A stretch of DNA of 64,000 nt from assembly GCA_964409245.1 (NCBI GenBank), contig CAYPCQ010000010.1, positions 29,771-93,770 on the forward strand, read 5' to 3'. Below are positions 19,408 to 26,702 of the stretch, one piece after another. A program made the position numbers and the translations under genes. Position 1 is the first letter of the stretch. Each line of letters starts with the position of its first letter. Source of the stretch: an uncultured Verrucomicrobiota bacterium (lineage in GTDB: Bacteria > Verrucomicrobiota > Verrucomicrobiia > Limisphaerales > UBA1319). A model generated the notes under the pieces. That model was not told the DNA's origin, did not search any database, and saw only the letters and a list, made by a program, of their open reading frames with translations.

Positions 19408-20085
19408 TCAGGCACAGACCGTGGCCGCATCCAGCTCGGACAAGGTCGCCACCGTCCAATCCGGCTGGCAAGCCTTCAGCTCTTCGAGGGTCGCTCCGCC
19501 GGTGGCCACCGCCAGGGATTTCGCCTGGATGGCCTTGGCGCAGGCCACATCCCGCGGCGTATCCCCCACCACCAGTATCTGGCTGCCGGTGAGCGGCTGG
19601 CCCAGCATGGTTCCAGCGCGTTCCTGGGCGATGCGCGCCAGCTCGGCACGGTCCTCATGATCGTCCCCAAAAGCGCCCATCGCGAAGCAATCCCATAGCT
19701 GGAAATGGCGCAGCTTGATCTCCGCTCCCAGCCGGATGTTCCCGGTGAGCAGGCCCACCATCGGCCGCTGGGGCAGCGCGGGGATCTGGTGCAGCCAATG
19801 CCACACCCCGGCGCAGATTTCCCCGCTGGACTTGGATAACAAATAATCCAGCCAAAACACGTAGGCCTCGTAAAACCGCGTGAAATTGGCCGGGCTGGCC
19901 TCGATCCGGTTGATTCCGAACAACTCGCGGATGATCGACGGATCGGTGCGGCCGGCAAACTTCACCTGCTCCAGGCCCTCCGGCGCGTTGAATTCGGCGC
20001 TCAGGGTGCGCTCAAAAGCCTTCACCCCCGCGCCATGGGTGCGGATCAGCGTTCCATCGATGTCGAACAAAACCAGTCGAACCAC
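19408..20085 (-). CDS. HAD-superfamily hydrolase (phosphoglycolate-phosphatase-like)
   Basis: Motif I LFDIDGTLI, motif II LLTGN, and the C-terminal VVGDTPRDV acidic motif. Confidence 0.9.
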   Translation of the reverse strand: MVRLVLFDIDGTLIRTHGAGVKAFERTLSAEFNAPEGLEQVKFAGRTDPSIIRELFGINRIEASPANFTRFYEAYVFWLDYLLSKSSGEICAGVWHWLHQIPALPQRPMVGLLTGNIRLGAEIKLRHFQLWDCFAMGAFGDDHEDRAELARIAQERAGTMLGQPLTGSQILVVGDTPRDVACAKAIQAKSLAVATGGATLEELKACQPDWTVATLSELDAATVCA

Positions 20086-20220
20086 AGCGGTAATACTACT
20101 GTATCAGGCTAAAAAATCAATGCCCAACCGCGCGGCTCCGTCCGGCCGATGGATCCCGCAGTTTCCAGGCACGGCGCCACCCTTTGACAACCGCCCGGTT
20201 TTTGCCGAATTTTAAACCCG

Positions 20221-20490
20221 ATGAAAACAGGCAGTCTGAGCGAAGCAAAAAGTTCACCCGGCCGGCTGGCCGATGCCGCTCTTCAAGGCCATCCCACGGC
20301 GATTGTTCGTGGCGGTAAGCGGCTGAACTTGCAGGCCTATGAACCACCGGATCCGGATGCCTTTGATCAATTGATCGACGAAGGCCTCCAGAGTGAACCT
20401 GAGCCGCTGACCAAAGCCGTATGGAAAGGAATCCGGCTGCGCGGCCGTGCCCTGGCTCAAAAGCCGGAACCAAAGCAAATGCCGGCCTGA
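20221..20490 (+). CDS. Phd/YefM-like type II antitoxin candidate (no intact toxin partner seen)
   Basis: 89-aa ORF starting MKTGSLSEAKSSPGRLADAALQGHPTAIVRGGKRL..., resembling the antitoxin N-terminal pattern M..vs.sEAK..l..ll......v.itr.Gk. Confidence 0.5.
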   Translation: MKTGSLSEAKSSPGRLADAALQGHPTAIVRGGKRLNLQAYEPPDPDAFDQLIDEGLQSEPEPLTKAVWKGIRLRGRALAQKPEPKQMPA

Positions 20491-20678
20491 TCCGGGTTCC
20501 TGCATCGGGGAGGGAAGTGATTGGCCCGCAGATTTTGAACGGATCGGCCAGTGGCGAATGACGAATGCCTTGCCCAAAAAGATCACCGACAGCACGATGG
20601 AGCCCCTGGCCTGGAAATGGCTGGGGAATGACTGCGAAATTGCTTGTTTTTGCCCGCCTTATCAGCAAGGAATATCCG

Positions 20679-21572
20679 ATGAAATTCTACCGCTTCGCCA
20701 CGCTTGCGTTGTTCACGGCACTGGCTTCCATCCAAGCCGGAACCGATCGCACGAAACCCGCGCCCAAATTCTACGCCTACTGCGTGGAAACCGGCGTCCC
20801 GGGCCTCACCCCCCGCCCGCTGCCCAAACTGGCAGCGCTGCTGAAGGAGCTTGGCTTCGATGGCCTCGGCCTCGAGCTGGCTCTGGATGGGGCTCTCGAG
20901 GCTAATCTCAAGCTGCTCGATCAGGCCGGCCTCCAGCCTTTCCTGTTTTGGACTTCGGTGAATGTGAACCCCGCTCAAGGCGCCGCCTACAGCCCCAAGC
21001 TGCCGCCCGCCATTCGCCTGCTGAAGGGCCGGAACGCGACGGTTTCGGTTCTGCTCAGCGGGCTGAAACCTGCCGATCCGCAGGGGCTTCAGCCGGCCAT
21101 CACGGCGCTCCGGGAGCTGGGGGATATCGCGGCCGGGGCCGGCGTCCGCCTCTCGATCTATAACCACGTTGGCAACTGGACCGAAAGCCTCCCCTTCAGT
21201 GTGGAGGTGGTGGCCAAAGTGGATCATCCGCGGGTGGGATTTAATTTCAACCTGTGCCACTGGTTGAAAGTGGATGGCGCCCGTGATTGGCGGCCGCTGC
21301 TGCGCCAGCATGCCGCCAAGCTGTTCTGTGTGACGATCAACGGCGCCACCCAGGGCGCCCAAGACTGGACCAACGGGCTGATCCGGCCCCTTGACGAAGG
21401 GGATTTCGACAACCGCCAGCTGATCGCCGTGCTGGCGGAGATCAAATACCCGGGTCCGGTCGGCTTGATGTGTTACGGAGTTCCGGGCGAGGCCGGCGAA
21501 TACCTGGGCCGCTCGATGAAAACCTGGCGCTCCTTTTATCCGGCGCAACCGGCGCCCGCCGAAAAGCGGTAA
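20679..21572 (+). CDS. Secreted sugar-phosphate isomerase/epimerase-like (xylose-isomerase-like TIM barrel) protein
   Basis: AAGGA RBS upstream of the Met at 20679. Signal peptide MKFYRFATLALFTALASIQA. Core ...LKELGFDGLGLE...RLSIYNHVGNW...VGFNFNLCHW... is typical of the AP_endonuc_2/TIM-barrel family. Confidence 0.8.
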   Translation: MKFYRFATLALFTALASIQAGTDRTKPAPKFYAYCVETGVPGLTPRPLPKLAALLKELGFDGLGLELALDGALEANLKLLDQAGLQPFLFWTSVNVNPAQGAAYSPKLPPAIRLLKGRNATVSVLLSGLKPADPQGLQPAITALRELGDIAAGAGVRLSIYNHVGNWTESLPFSVEVVAKVDHPRVGFNFNLCHWLKVDGARDWRPLLRQHAAKLFCVTINGATQGAQDWTNGLIRPLDEGDFDNRQLIAVLAEIKYPGPVGLMCYGVPGEAGEYLGRSMKTWRSFYPAQPAPAEKR

Positions 21573-21692
21573 CCTCCCATGAACCACCACCTTTCGGCTC
21601 ATCCATCCGCCTGAACGGCTCGCGGCCATTCAAACCAAATTCATAGCCCCTGATGCGGGCCGCTGCCGGGATACTGCGGGCCGGGCCGGGGG

Positions 21693-22838
21693 TCACAATC
21701 CTTTTTCCAGCAAACGGTCGCGGATGCTGGACTTGCGGGCGTGGGCTTGGCGGAATTTTGCCAGGCGATCGGCGAAATCGGGCTGGGTGCCCGTGCGGCC
21801 GGCCAGGTCGCGCAGATCGAGCAAATGCTGCACCGCCAGATCGTAGCTCTTGCCCAGCCGGGCGGCGGTCAATTGCTCAACCTGCGCCCACAATTCAGGC
21901 TCACGGCCGGTGATCGAATCCAAATACTTTTCCCGAGCCGCGGCCGCTTCGCGTGCCTGGCGGGCCATTTCCGCGGCCGCTTTGCGGGCTTCCTCCCGCT
22001 GGCGTTTTGCCGCCTGGGATTCGGCGGCGGAAAGCAAGGTTTTCACCGTCCGGCGGGGCGCCTCCCCACCCACCGGCCCGGCGGGCCGCTCGCGGTGGAA
22101 ACGGGACCATAGCGCCATCCCCACCGCCGCGCTCTGGTCGCGCATAACCTCGAGGAGCACCCGGTCTTTCTCCCCGGGCGGAAGCTGGCCCAGCCAGCCC
22201 GCCAGGTCTTCGTCCGCGGCGCCCGGTTTGGATTGGGTGCTGGGGCTGCTTTCGGCGGCCACCGCGAGCAAATCCGGGTTGATGCGCAGGAAATCCGCCA
22301 GGCGCGAAAGGGCCGTGGACAAATGCCCGAGGTTGGCGGGCACCGGGGGCTCCAGGGCGCCTTCATCCACCGGGTCCTGCTGCACGCTGGCCAGCCAGCC
22401 CAAATAGAGCGCCCGCAGATCGCCCCGGGCGATTTCCTCGCGCACCGGCAACAGGGAATTAAGCCAGCCGCCCCCCTCCACCCACCCGTCTTCCGGCTCT
22501 TCATCAGAAACGAAGGAAAAAATCAATTTGCCCGATTTTTCCCGCACCGACGCGGAATGGCCCGGACAGTATTGCCGGGCGGTTGGGAGCGGGATCAGCC
22601 CGGCCGGCAGGCGGAGCATGAACAAATGCGTGCCCCAATTGGCCAGATACAGGAAGGCGTCAAAATAATGCTCCATCCAGGCCTCCTGATCGCCCTTGAA
22701 GCTGCCAAAGGAATATTCGTTTATGAAACTCGTGGGGGTGATTTGTGCCCGCGTCGAGCGGGCGCGCAGCTCCTCCATTTCCCGCGCGCTCAACCGGCGG
22801 TCGATGGCCTGAAATTCGTAGTATTGATATTCGCTCAT
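21693..22838 (-). CDS. Conserved hypothetical protein (N-terminal MSEYQYYEFQAIDR module, charged coiled C-terminal half)
   Basis: Clean 381-aa ORF with protein-like composition. I recall the N-terminal motif YYEFQAIDR...ITPTSF..Y.....F.GD from uncharacterised bacterial proteins; no function is known to me. Confidence 0.7.
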   Translation of the reverse strand: MSEYQYYEFQAIDRRLSAREMEELRARSTRAQITPTSFINEYSFGSFKGDQEAWMEHYFDAFLYLANWGTHLFMLRLPAGLIPLPTARQYCPGHSASVREKSGKLIFSFVSDEEPEDGWVEGGGWLNSLLPVREEIARGDLRALYLGWLASVQQDPVDEGALEPPVPANLGHLSTALSRLADFLRINPDLLAVAAESSPSTQSKPGAADEDLAGWLGQLPPGEKDRVLLEVMRDQSAAVGMALWSRFHRERPAGPVGGEAPRRTVKTLLSAAESQAAKRQREEARKAAAEMARQAREAAAAREKYLDSITGREPELWAQVEQLTAARLGKSYDLAVQHLLDLRDLAGRTGTQPDFADRLAKFRQAHARKSSIRDRLLEKGL

Positions 22839-23444
22839 AAATCCATGGTCGTCCCCCCACCTGCGCCCAATTCGCGGCTCCGGGCAATCCCATCCTGCCC
22901 ATCTTCATCCAGGCCGCCGTGCCATCCCCTGGCTCGGCGTTCTCCGGGCGTGCACCCGCTCCACATCACGGCGGCCTTCGCCGTCATCATCAACCTGCAG
23001 GAGTGGCATGACGGATGGTTTAACAGCCATAAAAACCCTCGTCACGAAAATTCCATGTCGTATGCATCAAGATTGTAGCCAAAGGTGGCTGGGAGGTTTT
23101 GCGATTCCAAAACTCCATAAATCGTCCAGGCCGGCGGCTGGCCTTTTACCATTGGCCGCTCGCTCTATAGCGCGGGGCGCGTGGCGTTCACGCGGTGAGG
23201 CAGTGCTGCCCCAAGGCAAAAAGCGCGGATTGCCCCTCCCACGGCCAGGTTTGCGCCAAAAAATCATCCAGATACGAGCCTGATTTACAAAGGAATTCAG
23301 CTTTACCTGCATTTCCTGTAACCAAGGTGATTCTGTCGGCGTCTTCAACGATGAGGGAGGGATTCCATCTGGAACAATAAATGCTGTAACTGATAGTAAT
23401 TAATCTCCGGTTCACAGGCGGAGATTGTTACAGTATTTATAGGG

Positions 23445-24191
23445 ATGAAAAATGGTGTTGTTACTTTAATAATAGCTCTGCTTGGGCCTGCGGACGCGGC
23501 GGCCATAAACATATTTGTCGAGGAGTCACATTCGGCGGCCTGGATCAGGTACGAATGCGCGAGCGGGGAGGTGGTGAGGGCTTTTGCCCTGGACGTTTCG
23601 GTGGACAACGGCCGCATTGTGGGCATCGGTGATTATTTCCGGGGGCCGAGCACTGCGGCCGCCCAAGGATATGGGATTTTCCCTGCCTCGCTCCGCAGCC
23701 AGATCGGCGATGACACCAAGGCCACCATCGACTGGCAAGCCAGCGCATACTCGCCTTTAGCCGCGCTGGAGGACAGTCCGGGCTACACCCTGCCGGGCCT
23801 TAACTCCAGCGGTGTGACTTTGGAATTCGGAGGGCTTTGGGATCCGAACGATATAGCCGCCATTCCCGCACGGAAGGGCACCTTGTGCTCGCTGCGCATC
23901 AGCAGCCGGGCTTTGGTATCCATCCGAGCCAATCTCTTCCGTGGCGGAATTGTCGCCGCCGATCCAGACGCCATCCTTTACCCTGTTTTCACCAGTGCGG
24001 TTGTGCAACCGCCCGAAATAACCGATGTAACCATCAGCAACGGCCAGCTGACCGTCACCTTCGCGGGTGGCGCTTTGGAGGTGGCCTCGTCACCCAATGG
24101 GCCATGGGTGGACACCGGCAACTCCGAAGGCCGGCACACCGAGGCCGTGGGCGCCGGGGAGGGCCGATATTTCCGGATCTGCAGCCCCTAG
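23445..24191 (+). CDS. Secreted hypothetical protein; possible cohesin-like beta-sandwich plus shared C-terminal module
   Basis: Signal peptide MKNGVVTLIIALLGPADA. Beta-rich region ...VRAFALDVSVDNGRIVGIGDY...GTLCSLRISS.... Ends GRYFRICSP. It is the first gene of a tightly spaced three-gene set. Confidence 0.75.
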   Translation: MKNGVVTLIIALLGPADAAAINIFVEESHSAAWIRYECASGEVVRAFALDVSVDNGRIVGIGDYFRGPSTAAAQGYGIFPASLRSQIGDDTKATIDWQASAYSPLAALEDSPGYTLPGLNSSGVTLEFGGLWDPNDIAAIPARKGTLCSLRISSRALVSIRANLFRGGIVAADPDAILYPVFTSAVVQPPEITDVTISNGQLTVTFAGGALEVASSPNGPWVDTGNSEGRHTEAVGAGEGRYFRICSP

Positions 24192-24205
24192 CCGCGGCAC
24201 TGTTT

Positions 24206-26662
24206 ATGAAGCAATTGATGAGCCTGATCCTGCTCACGGCGCTGATGCCATGGGCCGCTGCTGCCGGATCCCTCTCCGCGGCCCGCGAGGCGGGCTACCT
24301 GTATCTATCCCCGGTTCCGGGAGCGCCCTATGTATCCGACCAAACCCGGTTTGTGTTGCTGCGCTTCGCCAGCGTCTCACCGGCGGAGATCACCAACCTG
24401 GCCACGGATTTCATCACCGTAGCCGGCCTGAGCAGTGGGTTCCACGCCGGCAGCGCCCGGGTGGCCAGCGATGGGCGGACGGTGATTTACGAGATGCCGC
24501 CGAATTTCAGCCAAAACGAATCCGTCACGGTGAAGTTGAGTCCCCGGCTGGCCGCTGGAACGCGTGGCGTGCTGGGTGCTTTTGAATACCAGTTCATGAT
24601 CACCGCCCCCATGCCAGGAGCTCCGCTTCCCGGAATGCCGTCCGCCACGCCCGGCGGCCTGGATGCCAAAACGCCTGCTGGCAGCGGGCTGCTGACCGCC
24701 AGTGGCAGCACGACGAATTCGGGCACGGGCAGCACCAACTCCACAGCGGTCACTTTGCCCAATGGGGTGTCAGTGCCCAGCGGCTTTCCCAAAGTGACGA
24801 TCTCCATCAACGATAACCCTTCGCCGGGCTGCCTTTTCCTGGAGAATGCCCTGGGGGGAGTGCCACCCTACACGATGATCCTGGACAACGGCGGCCTGCC
24901 CGTCTGGTACCGCCGCGGGCGAATGGTGGGCTTGACGATCCAGAAAAACGGCCAGATCACCTGGTATCCTGATCCGGGCTCGAGCTTCACCAGCTGCGAT
25001 CAGAATTTCCATTACACCAAAACCTATGTCACCAGCAACGGATACCAAACCGACGGGCACGACCTGAAGGTGCTGGCGGATGGATCGTATTTCATGCTGG
25101 GCAACCGGGCCAACACTGTGGATCTGAGCCAGCATGTCTTTGGGGCGAGCGGTTGGGCCAGCGTGACGGAAACTGTGATCCAGGGATTCACCGCCAAGGG
25201 CGAGCTGATCTTTCAATGGCGCGCATGGGACAATTACCAGCTCCACGATCAGCGTGATTATGTGGATTTCCCCCACATGAATGGCCTGGATATTGATGAA
25301 GATGGCAACCTCCTGGTTTCGTGCCGGCAGTTGAGCGAGGTCACCAAAATCAACCGGGACAATGGCGACATCATCTGGCGCCTCGGCGGCGCCCACAGCG
25401 ACTTCACCTTTGTCGATGATCCGCTGAACGGCATCAGTTTCCAGCACCACATCAGCGCGTTGGGCCAGGGGCATTACCTGGTTTTTGATAATGGGAACTA
25501 TCACGTTCCCCTCGAATCCCGCGCCGTCGAATACGAGCTGAACTGGACCAACCGGACCGCCACCCTCGCCTGGCAATTTCGGGATTCGCCCAAAAAGTTC
25601 GCCTCCTACCTGGGCAGCGCCCAGCGCCTGCCCAACGGGAACACCTTGATCAACTTTGTCCTGGCGAAATATCCCAAGGTGATCGAAGTGGATGCCGCTG
25701 GCACCAAGCATTTTGAGCTGAGCATGGCGCCCGGATCCGACGCCTACCGGGCCTGCCGCCTGCCCTGGAACGGAGTGGTGGAGGCGCCCTACCTGATTGC
25801 CGAACCGCAGTTGGACAACCTCACCCTGATCTTCAACAAATTCGGGGACACCAATGTGGCCTATTACCGGATCTACGGTGGCATATCGCCGCAGCCGAAA
25901 ACCCTCCTGGCCACTTCCACCACCACGTTGAAACGCCTCACCAACCTGGAAAACGGAAGGCAATATTATTTCCGGGTAACCGCCGTGAATCCCCAGGGAG
26001 TGGAGAGCGGCTATTCCAATGAAGAAAGCCTGCTGGTCAACATGGTTAAAACCGGCGAGCAGATGGTAAAAAATGGGGATTTGTCCCAGGGGCGAAGCTA
26101 CTGGAGCTGGACCTTGACCGGGGGGGCAAGCGCTCAATGGCAGATCACCAACGCCGTGAGTTGTGTCGAGATCGCCAAAGGCGGCAATGGTCTCGCGAGC
26201 ATTCAGCTGAAGCAGGGCCCCCTGCCCATCATCCAGGGCTGGGATTATATCCTGGAGTTTGACGCCTGGGCCCAGGGCCCGCGCTATATGGAGGCGAAAG
26301 TGTCCTCGATGGCCGCGCCGTATGTGGATTACAACCTGTTGGGCGGCATATTCCTGACGCCCGTTAAAACCCACTTTCGCTTCGTGTTCACCATGAAGGA
26401 GACCTCGGATTTCAATGCCTTTTTAATGTTCAACCTGGGGGCCTCCACTTTGGGTGTGTATCTGGACAATATTTCCCTCTTCACCCCGCCGCCGGGCGAC
26501 TTCAACCAGGATGGCAGCCAGAATCTTCAGGATCTGGCCATCCTGTCCAGCCAATGGCTGAAGCAGCAACCCCAGCCGGTTTCGGACATGGATGGCAATG
26601 GCAAGGTGGATTTCAACGATTTCGCCCGGTTCGGAAAATACTGGAATCCGGCGGGCCAATAA
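24206..26662 (+). CDS. Arylsulfotransferase-like (ASST/Arylsulfotran_2) beta-propeller protein with FN3, CBM-like domain and C-terminal dockerin-like repeat pair
   Basis: Signal peptide MKQLMSLILLTALMPWAAAA. ASST-like FQWRAWDN...MNGLDIDEDGNLLVS...INRDNGDIIWRLGG. FN3 (YYRIYGG...YYFRVTAVN). C-terminus GDFNQDGSQNLQDLAILSSQWL...SDMDGNGKVDFNDFARFGKYW. Start at the Met at 24206, 14 nt after the upstream stop. Confidence 0.85.
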   Translation: MKQLMSLILLTALMPWAAAAGSLSAAREAGYLYLSPVPGAPYVSDQTRFVLLRFASVSPAEITNLATDFITVAGLSSGFHAGSARVASDGRTVIYEMPPNFSQNESVTVKLSPRLAAGTRGVLGAFEYQFMITAPMPGAPLPGMPSATPGGLDAKTPAGSGLLTASGSTTNSGTGSTNSTAVTLPNGVSVPSGFPKVTISINDNPSPGCLFLENALGGVPPYTMILDNGGLPVWYRRGRMVGLTIQKNGQITWYPDPGSSFTSCDQNFHYTKTYVTSNGYQTDGHDLKVLADGSYFMLGNRANTVDLSQHVFGASGWASVTETVIQGFTAKGELIFQWRAWDNYQLHDQRDYVDFPHMNGLDIDEDGNLLVSCRQLSEVTKINRDNGDIIWRLGGAHSDFTFVDDPLNGISFQHHISALGQGHYLVFDNGNYHVPLESRAVEYELNWTNRTATLAWQFRDSPKKFASYLGSAQRLPNGNTLINFVLAKYPKVIEVDAAGTKHFELSMAPGSDAYRACRLPWNGVVEAPYLIAEPQLDNLTLIFNKFGDTNVAYYRIYGGISPQPKTLLATSTTTLKRLTNLENGRQYYFRVTAVNPQGVESGYSNEESLLVNMVKTGEQMVKNGDLSQGRSYWSWTLTGGASAQWQITNAVSCVEIAKGGNGLASIQLKQGPLPIIQGWDYILEFDAWAQGPRYMEAKVSSMAAPYVDYNLLGGIFLTPVKTHFRFVFTMKETSDFNAFLMFNLGASTLGVYLDNISLFTPPPGDFNQDGSQNLQDLAILSSQWLKQQPQPVSDMDGNGKVDFNDFARFGKYWNPAGQ

Positions 26663-26702
26663 CATTGGAAAAACGATTTACGGGTCAAGCCAAGGAGCGC
26701 TT

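Noticed and set aside
20447-20905. 152-aa ORF downstream of the antitoxin as a candidate toxin
   Set aside because: It overlaps the antitoxin 3' end and runs through the signal peptide of the well-supported TIM-barrel gene in another frame. Only a faint ParE-like N-terminal resemblance remains, noted as a possible relic.
23837-24205. N-terminal extensions of track ORFs (23837 for the ASST-like gene, 26592 for its paralogue, 17678 for GH16, 20565 for the TIM barrel, 53436-54890 for the beta-helix, 10603 for GyrI-like, and others)
   Set aside because: In each case an internal Met is followed immediately by a typical signal peptide or by the conserved family N-terminus. The upstream extension overlaps the preceding gene or is Arg/Pro-rich junk.
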